64,000 bases of DNA from Okamejei kenojei (taxonomy: Eukaryota), in the NCBI GenBank assembly GCA_035221665.1, contig CM069150.1:28954001-29018000 (forward strand), written 5' to 3'. A program made the position numbers and the translations under genes. Numbering within the stretch: position 1 is the stretch's first letter; each line of letters opens with the position of its first letter. The notes under the pieces are model-generated. The model was not told the origin of the DNA. It made no database searches and saw only the letters and a list, made by a program, of their open reading frames with translations. Positions 1 through 14,100 of this stretch are shown here, in pieces.

Positions 1-309
1 GGCTCTGTACTGCAGCTCACCAGCGCTTCCGAGGGCTTCAGAGGTCACGAGCACTCACAAGCTTCCCGTCTTGCTTTTCCAGGACTATTTAAATGATCAT
101 TACATCACTTTGACTGACTTCCACATGTCTAAAGATAAGAGTCCGATTGAACTTCACTGTTTTGGTTAAGCTTCGAAAACACTGCATTTTTTGTTCTTTA
201 AAGACTTTCAAATGTCTCACTTAACTGTACTAATTCTTAAAGATAACATTTAATTTCAAAGAGCACTTTTTAAATTTTAAAATATATTTCTAATGTTGCT
301 TTTCCCCAT

Positions 310-867
310 TTGTTACTTCCCGTTTTTTTTACAGGTACTAATTTCTTTACAATTATAAAAGTTTGCGGTTATTTCATCTATGAATTTTGACAGATTTTTT
401 ACCGCTTTCAAAAAAATCGCTGTTGATTTGGAAAGACTCAGATAACACCCCCCCTCTTTCCCCCCCTCTTTCCCTCCCACCTCTTTCCCTCCCCCCCCAT
501 TTCCCCCAGGGACTCTCTTCCACCCCCTCTTCCTCTCCCCATCCCCCTCTCCCTCTTCCCCCTCCCTCCTGCTCTCCCCACTCCTCTCTCTCCCCCTCTC
601 CTCTCTCTCCCCCCCCCCGCCTCTCTCTCCCCATCCTTTCTCTNNNNNNNNNNNNNNNNNNNNNNNNNNNNNNNNNNNNNNNNNNNNNNNNNNNNNNNNN
701 NNNNNNNNNNNNNNNNNNNNNNNNNNNNNNNNNNNNNNNNNNNNNNNNNNNNNNNNNNNNNNNNNNNNNNNNNNNNNNNNNCTCCCCCCCACTCTCCCAC
801 CCACTCTCCCTCTCCCCCTCCCCCACGAGTTGTGGGGATGGGACCCAACGGGTCCCCTTTGGTCTAG
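310..867 (+). mobile_element. Non-autonomous Helitron-like element (3' end clear, 5' boundary approximate) with internal CT-rich low-complexity tract
   Basis: Subterminal hairpin gggaccc-aac-gggtccc (840-856), then 7 nt, CTAG (864-867) and T. Confidence 0.55.
644..781. other. Assembly gap (N run) within a polypyrimidine low-complexity tract
   Basis: 138 Ns flanked by (CT/C)-rich repeats. Confidence 0.99.
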
Positions 868-1960
868 TTAAATCTAAAAGTTTCTCCACCAACAAGGTTA
901 AACTGAGCAGCCTGCTGTTACCACAGATAACCCATCACTCCTTTGTGAATAACAATGCCACACTTCAGTTTTCAGTCATCTGGCATCTTCCTTGTACCTT
1001 AGAGGAGGGGAAGCTTTACAACAAGTCCGCCAAAATCTTTGGCCATTTCCTCATTGAGCTGCTGTGCATTCTGCACAGATCAGTTGACATTTACTCTCGT
1101 CAAACTTTCTGGTGTCTCTTCCTTATTAAGTTTGATTCTATTCGTTATTTTTGCCACCTTTCCTTCCACTGAGAAAAATATTTATTAATATTCCAATCAT
1201 TCTCAGTGCCTCTTATGAATCACAATCTTGTCATTAATTAGCCCCATCTTTTCTCACACTATTTGCTATCTACTAGCCGGCCCTTTTTTGTTTAGATCAC
1301 AATTTTCCTGTTCCCTTTAAGCTCTTTCCTTTTCCCATATTCAACTTGGGTCTCACTTGCACTGTCCAGCTGACATGCTCTATGCACATTTATTCATCAT
1401 TTTGGCAGCATTGACTTTGCTTTTGCTGCTGGGGGTTTGACTCTCAACTATATTTGAAGCTGTTGAAATCTCATCTATTATTCCACTACAGTCTTACATG
1501 CGTATCATTGGTAACATATTACTCTGCAAGATTTTCTCTCTTCCCATTTTCCCACACCCAATTAAAAAGTTCTGCTCCAAAACTTGTTAGAATTTCTTCT
1601 TTCCAACAGCTGTGATATACATTTACTTACGATATTTTTACATCGGTTGCGTATTGACAATAAATAGTATCATGCCCAACCTAATCTGCTTCTTGCCTTT
1701 AGCCCTTATGTGATCCTTTCATTGGAACAATACTTTAATTAGGTCTATTAAAGTTCCAGACCTTACTTTTGCAACCATGTAGCAGAGGAGTCTGCAAGTG
1801 CCAACGAAATCTTAGGAAGCATCAAACGTCTGCTTATCTGAAGCTAATTGTATTCCATGTATTATTTCAACACCATTATCCATCTTGAGGGAATTAGTTT
1901 ATCGTTGCAAATGATTCATGCTTGGTGGAATAACCATTTTGCTTTTCCTTTCTCCAACAG

Positions 1961-2158
1961 ATTCCAGTGCAGAGGTTAGGACACAGTCAAAAGCTCCTCT
2001 CACACAGAGTGATAAAGCTGAGATAGCCTCATCAGTTACTGCTGCTAATTTATTAACCGCTGACCTTTCTTTATCAGAACGGCTGCAGAAGAGGTTCCCT
2101 ACGCAATCGCTGGATTTAAACAGTGAACTGCTACATTCAGGAATTGCTTGTTTACCAG
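1961..2158 (+). CDS. RhoGEF exon 1 in window (DSSAEVRT...[11 protein letters not shown]), start of Sec14-like region
   Basis: Acceptor tctccaacag, donor G|gtaatc, phase 1/1; LLxSGIAxLPG family motif. Confidence 0.85.
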
Positions 2159-5100
2159 GTAATCTCAGTTATCAGCATTCAGCAAAAGATGCTGACATAC
2201 ATTGGTTATTTTTAATGAATTACAACATAGCGATGAGTTGAAAATAGAGTGAAATACATCAGAGACATTGTTTTCCCAAAGCAGCTGTAAATGGCACTGA
2301 CGTTTTCAGGCTCAATGGACCTTTCACTCGCTATGGCATATATTCAAGAATAAAATGGGGATGCTAGTCAGCAAACACTGAGTATCATTAGTCAATATGT
2401 TACCAAATTCAGATGTTGCTCGTTAAAGGACATATAAGAGTACAGTTAAAACCCCACAATATATTGTGTCAAGCGCTGTTTCTAGTGGTTAAATTATACT
2501 CATAAATATTTTTTAATTTAGATGAGAAGAGGGATAAAGCCTGGCAACTAAATATCAGTTGACTAAACATTGGTAATCTTTCAGATGCAATACTGAGGGC
2601 AAAATTAACGCTTATTTACAAATTATGGAATAATACATTTTTCTGCTGGTATTTTCAGGATTTTATACATTTATTTTCTAAAGACAAATCGTATTTGACT
2701 ATTAAAAATGAACTGCAGGTGCTGGTTTATACCAATGTATTTGACTAAGTTGATCAAGTTCTATGATGCTGTTTTGACAGGTCTCCCTGTAACCTCCTGC
2801 AATCCAGAGAAAACAAACCAAGTCTGCCCAACCTCTCCCTATAGTTAATACTCCCTAAACAAGGCATAATTCTGGTAAACCTCCTCGGTATCCTTTCCAA
2901 ATCCTCCACATCCTTCCTATAATGGAGCGACTAGAACTACAGTAATAGTCCAAATGCGGCTTAACAAAAGTCCTTTAAAGCTGCTTCATATCTTCCTGAA
3001 TCTTATACTCTGGGTTTGCTGACTGTCAAATGTTTTCTCACTTAGAGTCACAGAGTCATGCAGCATGAAAACAGGCTCTTCGGCCCAACTTGCCCACACC
3101 GACCCACATGTCCCATCTACACTAGTCCCACCTGCCTGTGTTTGGCCCATACCCCTTTAAACCTGTCCTATCCAAGTACTAGTTTTATGGTTGGGCTTAT
3201 CTGGCCCATTCACTAGACCCTGTAACATTGTGCCAGGCCTGACACTATGCAGAGCCTTGCCAATTGATGCAGAAAACTCCTTACCAGCAGTTCGGTCTTG
3301 CAGACCCACACCAGGCAGCTGGGTACCCATGCAGTGAGTGCAGGGAGTGGTGCTCATTCAACAAAATCTTTGTTGCCCCTGGAAAATTTTCCTCCATTGT
3401 GTACCACAACAGGAAGAGGTGTCTCACACCGACTGGGATATGCATTGTATGTTTATGGAGTCCATGCATTGCAGATATATATCTATAGTTTTCAGCAAGA
3501 ATCAGAATGATTTAATAAAAGAACTGGATGAATGCATAATTTAACATTATTTTCTAATCTTTCCAGGGAGCAGGGATAAGGCAGGAAGAGCTGTATTACA
3601 AATCTGCACGGATAATAGCCTCCTGCAAGGACAATCCTGTACCAGCAATGACCTCACCAGGCTCCTACTGTACCTCCACAACATTCCCAGGTGACATTTT
3701 CCTCGACACTGTTGCTTCATTGTAGGAAGATGCTTCAACGTTTGAGGAAATTTCATTTTTCACTTTTAGTAAAGTAAAGCTCAAAATAACATCAGGTTGG
3801 ATGCTGCATTTAACAGTGTGGAAATTACAACCAGTCGCAACATAGCCAAGGCGCTGGCCAGCCAACAAGATCCAATTCCAATCAGATATGTCGAGCCTCC
3901 AAACACCACTGCAGGAAACAGATGGCTTGGCTTAGTTGGATTTGAACTCTCACTGCTATAGTGATGAAAAGATTGAAAGTGAAGCCTGTTCTCACGTGCT
4001 ACTGACCCAGGTCTTGGCAATTCCATGCATATCTGAGGATCAAAAACCAAGGGTCATCTTATGTTAACATGAGCAGCACAATGGTTTGGGAGCTAGTGCT
4101 GCTCTTGCAAAACTCCAGGCACAGAGTCCGAGCCTGACTTTCTGTATTCATAACATAGAGTTTGCATCATTTCCTCATGAGTGTACAGTTGTCTGACGCA
4201 TGCTCCTGCTTCCTCCTACACTCCATGGCAAGCCAGTAGATTAATCCAGAATTGTAAATTACTTTTTAGTGTAGAAAAACAGCAAATGAATCAAAGGACT
4301 GTTGACCACGTGTGAGAATAAAATTCAGGACACAAGGAAATAAATAGAGGCGAATTGGGAATGATAGGATTGGCCTGCTCGGATTGGCAAGGCGCAAATA
4401 GCCTCATGCTTTCTCATATTAGATAAATTGAACCAGGTGGGAATGTTGATAAATTTGGGCGTAAAGTATTTTTTCTAGGAAGCGATGGGAATGAATCCTA
4501 CAAAGTATGGCGATTTTGAAATGGAATGATTTTAGACAGCCGTCTACATCTTTGGTTATCTTATTCATTTACAAGATAAGTGCAATCAAACTGATTGTGA
4601 AATGCAATAAAGAGCAAATGTTTACTGTATTCCAATGTTTATTTGATGTCCGTCCCTTTGTTTGCAATGTAGAATAAAAAGCCAACCGTGATGGTTTAGT
4701 ACTGCCATCTACTGGAAATAGGAAACTCCATTTATAGTGTTGCATTGTGAAGAGAAACAAGGAGAAACAATAGGGACCACAGCTCTTCCTATCAAGCCAT
4801 TCATGCACAAATGGCCTCCCTATGTGCCCATCAATTTAGAAAGGGTATTCTTATCATCCATCCATCTACCCATCTGATTAGTAACTGGGGACTGAATAAA
4901 ATAGCAGGAAAACTACTACTGATTGTGAACAGGACAAATTTCAGCAACGGTCCTTTGTGTATATAGACGGTGTATCATGTTATTTTGAGGCACCTAGATA
5001 TTTTGGACATCCATAGTTAATTATGCCAAATTTTCTGTACTAATTAAAACAAAAATATGGAAACTTACTTTTAATCTGAATTTTTCCCATCATAGGAAGG

Positions 5101-8100
5101 AGGTTGGAGATCTGGGTCTGACGATTGTTGTGGATGCTCGAAAACGCCCCCTGCACCCCGTGTTATTTAAGGCATTTGGATTACTACAGGTGAGCATGAG
5201 TGAAATATTCCTGTGCCCCATTAATATTTTTAAAGGCTCATGCTTCCTCCCAAAAGACATGAAATTCCAGTCACAAATAACTGCATAGGTCCAGTCACCT
5301 TGTCCAGCTAATAAAATGATCCATGCATGATTATGTGTGCATTTTGATCTATGCTCAGGGTTCATAATTGTTTGTACGAAGAGGTGAAAACAGTGCTTTT
5401 ACTTGAAATAATTCAAGTCATATCTTTTCACCACGCAATCAGACAGATGGATTCACTGCTGTCCCTTGTTCTGACATCCTGATACGAGGTCTCCACCTGA
5501 AACTTCGTTAGTCCATTTCCCTCCACAGATGCTGCCTGACCCTCTGAGTTCCTCCAACAGTTTGTTTCTTGTTACGAGATCCCAGCTTCTGCAGCCTCTT
5601 GTATCTTGAAGTTCTGATATCTAACTTTCTTCTGCCTTTATATACAATGTCAACATGGCCCAAGTCCTCCCTTATCCATTTAGTTGAAACACATTGTTTG
5701 CCCAAATGCCATCTCATCTCTTCTTCAACTTATAGGGCTAGATCAATGAGAATTGATCCTAATTGACAATGGTATCTAAATCAATGGTTCCTCAATAGTG
5801 GGTTGTGTTGCCAAATTTAATTTGCAATATTTCTGTTATGACTATCACCAGATGTTCTTTCTATAAACCGTCTAAGTTAGCAGTATTAAAATAACAAAAA
5901 CATAAATGTAATGTAATAAAGTAAACGTGGTATGTAGCCCAGGCTCGATCTCCCATCTTCCAGTCTCCACTAAGAAAGATCCATTGATTAAATGTCATCA
6001 TCATTTTCAATAGAGCAGAATTATAGAAGTGGAACACAACATGTATGACAGGGGCAAGTAGATGATAGCTGGAAACAGCTGAGGAGGGCATGATAAGCCA
6101 AAGGAAGCAGATTTTGGAAGGGAGGGTAAAGGGTAAAAACAAAGACAGATAGGTGATAAGTAAAACCAGATAAGGGTAGGATGATGAGAAATTGGGACTA
6201 GGTGGGGAAGAGGATAGGAAAGGCGAAGGTAGACACAAAATGCTGGAGTAACTCTGCGGGCCAGGCAGCATCTCCGGAGAGAATGAATGGGTGACGTTTT
6301 GGGTCGAGACCTTTCTTGAGTGATATCAGGGGAATGGGCGGGACAGAGATAGAATGTAGTCAGAGACAGTAAGACTGGTGGGGAAACTGGGAAGGGGTAG
6401 GGGATGGAGAGAGAGGGAAAATAACGGTTGTTTGAAGTTAGATCAGTCAATGTTCATACCACTGGGATGTAAGCTACCCAAGCAAAATATGAGGTGTTGT
6501 TCCTCCAATTTGTGCTGGACCTCACTCTGACAATGGAGGAGGCCCAGGCCGGAAAGGTCAGAATGGGAGGTAGGAATGGCAAACCAAGAGAGTTGAAACT
6601 CAGGACCAAAAGTATGTGAGTATTGGTCAAATGGAACAGGGTGAAGGAGGGTAATGAGTCAGAGTAAAAAGAGGACGAGGGGAAGGAATGGAAAAAGTGA
6701 ACATAGGGAGAGGAACCCTAAGTGGGTCGGTGGGAATTGGAAAGAAACACAAGGAGAGTGGTTACCTGAACATGAACATTGTAATGTTCATACCATTGGG
6801 CTGAGTTGCTGTTCTTCTACTTTGGCCTCACCGTGAAAGGCTGAGGACAGGTAGATTGGTGTGGGAGTTGAAATGAAATGCAACTGCAAACTCAAGAAGG
6901 CCATTGTGGATAGAGCACAGTTGCTTTGCAAAACGGTTACGATGTGTATGCTTAGTTTCACTTGTAGAAAAAAGACCACATTGTGACCACCAAATGCAAT
7001 AGACTAGGTTGGAGGAGGTGAAGGTGAACCTCTGCCTCACCTGGAAGGTCCCTGGATGGTGGTGAAGGAGGAGGTGTAGGAACAAATGTTGCACCTCCCA
7101 GGGAAACACCTCCCACCTGCCAGGAGTCAGAGAGGGGTGGGTGGGAATGGATGAGCGGACTAGGCGGGCACGGAGAGAGCAGTGCCTGTGGAAAGTAGAC
7201 TGCGGAGGTGGGGAAGATGTGGCCAGTGGCGGGATCCCATTGGAGCTGGCAGAAGTGGCAAAGGATGATTTGCTGAATGAAGAGGCTTGCGGGATGAAAG
7301 GTGAGGGCCAGGAGAACTTTACTGTTTGGTCTGGAGAGACATGAGCGGAGTGAGAACAGAGTGTGGGAAATGGAGGAAATGCATGTGAGGGCCTCATCAA
7401 CAGGAAGAGGGGAGAAGGAAGACGTTTCAGAAGTCTTACGAGTGGAAAGCCCCATCTTGAGAACAGATGTGGTAGAACAGAGAAACAGAAAGAAGTGGAT
7501 GGTGTCCTCACAGGAGACAGGGTGAGAGGAAATGTAATCAAAGTAGCAATGGATTTATGGTAGATATCAGTGGATAGTTGTCTCCTGCCATGGATGCGGA
7601 AATACAGAAAAAGAAGAAAAATGTGTATTCCAGGTGAATCTCAGGACAGGGTGGGAGTTGGTGACAAATATATTGTTCCTGGAGATGTATGCTAAACTAA
7701 ATTAATGTTTTTACCAGCTGGGCATAGAGGTTGTTCTCTAGTGACTGCACAAGAAATGGATGACACCCATACATAAATAGTTACATAGGTTCTATTGATT
7801 AAAACTGATGCTATATACATTAGATTCAATTCATTTTCTTGCGCTCTGTGAAACCGGTGCTTCATATTTAAACTGTAATTAAAATCTCTGCTCCATTTAG
7901 AGAGTATTTTGATTCTTGGAATATGCGGGACTGCTTTTAAGTGTGGTTAGCATCTACAATCTCATATACAGTAATTGGTTTACTGACATACTCAGCACTA
8001 ATGTCTCCACTGTTTTAAAGCCGATGTTGTTTCACTTTGCAGGAACGTGTTCCCCACTCTATTCACTGTATACTGATATTGTCCGATAAAGACGCAACTG

Positions 8101-11100
8101 TCAAGCTTGAGAAATGTCCTGGAATATCAGTAAGTGTTCTTTGGAAGAAATCTCAGCTGCATTAAAAGACTGTTTGAAACTAAAAATTACAGTGATTTAC
8201 TCCAGTTGGAACTGTTCCATTAACATTTTATTCTTTCCCATAGTTATGTTAGTCTATGTGCAAAGCTCTGGTGACGGTTAGCTCAAGAAATGTCTCGCAT
8301 CAATCCCACTCTATATTGACTTGTCAGCGAGGCAACCGGTTCTCAAATGATGCTGAGTTGGTAGCACTCCTTCTTCTGTGCCAAGTGTTCTAGGGATCAA
8401 GACCCTCTCCAGGGACCTAAGCACAAAAATCAAGGCAGACTCTACAGGGCATTACAGAGGATACTCGATCAGAAATATAGGCCTGGAAATTTGATAGCAA
8501 AGTGCTTACAAAGATTTCAGAGTTATTGCTGGATATTAGAATGGGCATTCTTGTGCTTGTGTGGATCAACCACTAACCACATTGCTCAAAGTGACTTTCT
8601 ACTGCGAGAGGCTTGGTGAAGATGGCTTTAAAACGTTTCAGTTATTGGGAATGCTCAATTTCACCAGGTGTTAATACTACTGATGCTCTAGTAGCATTAT
8701 TTAAAGAGGAAAATATCAGCACTCCTCTGACAATCTGATTCAGGTAGATGCTCTCTATCTTATTTACTTACTCTCCTTTGGACTTCAGCCAATGAACATA
8801 CATTTGTGAGTGCTGACAAATTTTGAAACCAAAATGTGTTGAATGAAACATTAAAAAAATGCCTACGTCTACTGTCAGGTTTATGCACAAGATCTATGTA
8901 ATTATTTTTAAGAGTTATCCCCAATGTCCTCTTCAAACTAACCTTCAAACAAAATCACAAAACAAACATTTTAGTTATCAGGTTGTGGGAATGTCAGGGT
9001 ATTGATTATATTACCAGACCGAGTTAAAGTTACACAATGTCCAATTCATACAATGGCAGCTGGTGAATTTGAATTAAAATATTTATTTAATTAAATATAT
9101 GTCCAGAAGTAACTACTGGTATCATTAATCATGGCTGTAAAATCCATTGGTTCATGAATATTCTTTAGTAAACAGTACCCTCTCTCTTGGTAAGGTATTT
9201 ATGCAACTCTATTCTCAGCAATGTAGTTGCTTATTATCTACTTTCTGAAATGACCAGCATTTTATTAGATCAAATGACAATCCTGCAAGTTCAACTATGA
9301 GGTTAGCAATGGCAGGAGGCACACGGAAAAATCACTGTCTCCAAATTTCCTCTCCTAGTTGCATACCATCCATCCACGCAAATGTAGCGTCATTCTATTT
9401 TAGTTTAGTTTAGAGATACGATGCGGAAACAGACCTTTCAGCCCACCGAGTCGGCGATCCCCGCACACTAACACTACCCGACACACATTTGGGACAATTT
9501 ACAATGATTCCAAGCTAATTAACCTTTGGAGTGTGGGAGAAAACCGGAGATCCTGGAGAAAACCCACGCATGTCACGGGGAGAATGTTACAAACTTCATA
9601 CAGACAGCACCTGTAGTCAGGATCGAATCTGAATCTCTAGCACAGTAAGGCAGCAACTCTACCGCTGCACCACCGTGCCACTATTCCTTCATCAGTAAGA
9701 AATAATGCTTTTACCCTTACAGAGTAGTTATGACTAAATGGATTACACGTTGGTGTGATTTTTCTCTGAATCCTGAAAGCATCAAGTGAAATGATATGAA
9801 TGGTTGCTGGAATGGATGCCCCAAATATCATATCATTGAATTGTTATGGTACAGGACAATCGAGTGTAGTGCAGCAGCCGGTATAAATAACTATTAGAGT
9901 GCACTGACTGAAACCCATTTGTTTACTTACATAGGTGAAAATTGAAGGTTCTTGTGCTCATTATTTTCCTGGCAGTAGATATTCTTATCAAACGGCTGGT
10001 CAAGGGAATCAGTTGTATGGAATAAAGAGCAGTGTTGAAAAAAAATAGACTGTTACACTATGTTCTGCAATGTTATGATAGGTTTTAAATGGATTATAAA
10101 TTATACATTATTTGTGTTTTTTAACCAGATGGAAGTTTTGACATCCTTGAAAACACTACATAAGTTCATTGACAGCACTCAACTGACTGAAAATCTGGAG
10201 GGAACATTCCCTTACAATCACTCTGGATGGATTCAGTTTCGTACGGTGAGTAATTGATCAAGATCTCTGGGAAAATTCACAATGTTTAAATAGAGAACAA
10301 AAATATAGATTGAGCTGCATTTCAGAAATACATGTATAAATAATTTATCTTGATGGATGTTGTTGACAATAGAGGTGCTGTTGATTTTCACTGCAGGTAT
10401 CTGGGCTGTCTCTTGTCGAGTCTGTTACAGACCACATCGAGGCACAGTCATTGCCTGACATTTGTTTGTCCAATTCTTGAAGTTGTCAAGTCCTGGTGAT
10501 GTGTGTGCTGCATTAGTATTGGTGGTCATTAAATGAGCTTATGACAGAAATTTTGTCATTGGTGAAACAGTTGGAGGTGTTTGGACCTTGGAGGCATCCC
10601 TGGAGTTTTTGGAAAGATGCTCTGAAGCTGTGATAATTGCTCTTCATTAACCACAGCCACATTTGCACCAGAGGTGACTGCAGCCACTGAGGATTTCATT
10701 CTCAGCCAGATTTCCTTTGGTAACAAGGTGCAGAATTTACCTTTGTTATTTTATTTAGAAATCCATCCTTGCTGTTTTCAACCATCAACTGTTGAATCCC
10801 CCCCCCCCCCCCCCCTGCTTAGCAAATCGGAATCAAGTTGTTTGCACTCAAATACACCATTTAGCATGTGGTACTGAGGAAGTGTGTAATGCTTGAGGAG
10901 CCACATTTTCAATGAGACATTAAATTGAAAACAAGCAAATGATAGAATAAGCTGATGACTTTTCCGCAGGATGCATAGTTCTGGGGAGATGACTATGAAC
11001 ACTAATGGAGTTCTCTTAGTTTTCTGAAAAGCTTGTCTATTCCTTTAATACTTCCATAAAAAGTATTCAACCACAAACATCAATACTGTTTCCATGGATG

Positions 11101-14100
11101 CTGCCTGACTTGCTAAGTTTTTTATTTCAGGTTTACAGTATCTGTGGGGTATGTTTTATCGACAAAGGTTGGCAGGTCATTGATTGTATCGGTAGCATAA
11201 AGTGGATGTCCAGTTATCAATTGTACTCATAGAGAATTTACTTTGTGTGAAGTACTCGAGAATTACTTTAATAGGGCAGTCAATGTAACCATTGTTACCA
11301 GAGCAATGACACATCACCAAGTTATTGGGAATTTCTAAGTTACATTGTCTGTTTTATTGTTGAACGGCATTGATTCTGGACAATCCAATTAAAAAAATTC
11401 CATAAGACAGCTTCATGTAGGTTCATTACACCATAGGAGGAGGTAGTGAGGTTCTATGTGGAACAAGGTAGACACAAAATGCTGGAGTAACTCAGCGGGA
11501 CAGGCAGCATCGCTGTTGAGAAGGAATGGGTGATGTTTCAGGTCGAGATCCTTCTTCACTGAACAAACCTGTCAGTCCCATTTCTTCCATCATTTGTATG
11601 GGAGTTGAGGGGTTGGTTGGGGGGGAAGGGGGGGGGGGGAGTATGGACAATCAATGATTCCAAAAGGGAATTGAGAGACTTAGTTTTAGCCCTAAAACAG
11701 TCGCTTAATTTTCAATTTTTGTTTGAAATCATCAAATTTCTCTGCTCCCACCACCCTTATAGAAACAAGACCTGAGTCATTACAGGATTATAGATAGACA
11801 CAAAATAATGGTGTAGTTCAGCGGGTCAGGCAATATCCCTGGAGAACATGGAACTGGGACATTTCTACTAGTCACATCCTCTCATCTCCACCTCTTTCTG
11901 CCTTCCACAGAGACTGCTCCTTCTGCAACTCCTTGATTCACTCAATCCATCTGGTCCACCCCATTCTCAGCTACTTTCTCTTGCAACCACAGGAGATGTA
12001 ACACTTGCCCCTGTACCTCTTTCATCCAGGGACCCAAGCTGTCCTTCCAGGTGTGACAGAGGTTCACATGCACCTCATCTACTGTGCCTGGTATTCCCAA
12101 TGTGGTTCCAGTAAATCGCCAAGACCAGGCTTAGACTCGGCAACCGCTTTGCTGAACACTTACGCTTAGTCTGCCAAGACCTATAGGATCTCGCGGTTGC
12201 CAACTATTTTAACTCCCCATGCCATTCCCATACTGATCTTTCTGTCCCTGGCTTCCTCCATTGCCAGAAGTGAGGCCACATACAAATGGAGGAACAGCAC
12301 CTTATATTCCACTTGGGGAGCCCACAACCCAATTATGAACATTGGAATTTTTTAATTTCCAGTAACTAATCCACAACAGCCTCCACCCCCTCCCCTTTCT
12401 TCTCCAAGAACTCCCCCTCCTCACCCCCTCTGCTGAAACCAGGCTGACCTCACAATGGTTTCTCCCCTCCCCTCCACTTGATCCGTTTACAGCAGATACA
12501 CAATTTGCAAATTTTCTAACCCCAAGCTTAACAAATTGCAACTCTTTATCCTTTCAGCTCGCACCTGTCTTTTATTCTCTGGCCCTTGTACAACAAACTG
12601 CCTATTAAATAACCCCCTCCCCTGTGTTCACCTATTAACGACTATGCTCTGTCCTGTCCCTCGCCCTGCTTTCTTTCCCACCCTTCTCTGCAATCAGTCC
12701 CAAGAAGAATTCACATTTGAAATGTCGCCTATTCATGCTCTCCAGAGATGCTGCCTGACACATTGCATTATTCCAGCATTTAGTGTCTATCTTTGGTATA
12801 AACCAGCATCTGCAGTTCCTTTTTTTTCACATTCACCCTTTTAACTACCTTTCCTAATTTTGACCATCAGCTAATGAAAATAGCCTTCTTTTGGTCTGTT
12901 ATTTAAAACTGGCAAATTCTTGTCCATCTCCATCAGATCTCCCCTCAACCTGCTCCACTGTAAAGAGAATAACCACAACTCATCCAACCTAACCTACAGA
13001 AGGACTTTCACATCCTTCCCAAAGAATGGTCATTGGAGATAAATACAAACCTTCCGTTTTGGTTTAACTGGAATTTCATAACATTTCAGCATAACTTTCT
13101 TGGTTTTTTATACAATATATTTTTTACACAATAATTTTATAATATGAAGCCCACAATTCTACATTTGCTCATGCAGAGTCTTTAGGACTATGGTTTTAAA
13201 TCTATACTGCCTCTCCCCATTCCTTCAGCCAGAGTACATCATCTCACATATCTCTGTATTAAATTCCATCTGCCATTTGTCTACCTATTCAGCCTGTCAA
13301 TGTCTTGTTGCAGTCACTTGATATCATTTTTACTGCCAGAGCTTTGGTATCAGTGGAATGTTCTGAAGATTTATCCTATCAATATCCAAGCCATAAGTTC
13401 ATGTTAATTAGATCTAGGACCAGAATTAGACCATTTTGGCCGATCAAGCCTCTTCCGCCATTCAATCATGGCTGATCTATCTCTCCCTGTCAACCCCATT
13501 CTCCTGCCTTCACCCTTTAACCCCTGACACCCAAGTCATTCATATATTAAAAAACAAAGCTATGGCCCTCAGTCAACTCTACAACCTTGCAGTATGGAAA
13601 AGCTATTAGTTACCATGGCTAACTTTTTATCTTTAAGCCATTTCTTAATCAAAGCTGATAGTGATCCTTCAAATAATGGAGCCTCAGTTTCGTTTTCCTT
13701 TTTAGGTGGTACCTTGTCATCAAATCCGTATACTCCAATAGCTGATGGGAGGATTGATTACATCTGTTGGAAGTTCAGAGTGATTATCTGATTATTACCA
13801 CATATTTTTATGGGGCATCGAGTTGTACAATTTGGCTGCTGGGATTTTTCCTACAAAGCCTCTTCTTTATCAAGTTGGCTGTGATATGTCTGGAACATCA
13901 TGGGAAAATGAAAGATGCTGATATAAATATAAACACTTCCCTGGTTTGGAATGGGCTGAAGCACACCTGATCATTGAAATAGGTTTGTTTAAACATAATT
14001 TATGTGTTCCTTAGTAGCAACAAGTCCATAGCAATATTTTGGCAAAAGCAGTACTGTGTTAGATTTGAAAAGTTGGTTAATTACGACAGCTAATTATTAA

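Noticed and set aside
313-1172. Long ORFs on both strands (163-261 aa)
   Set aside because: Artefacts of C/T low complexity and the N gap
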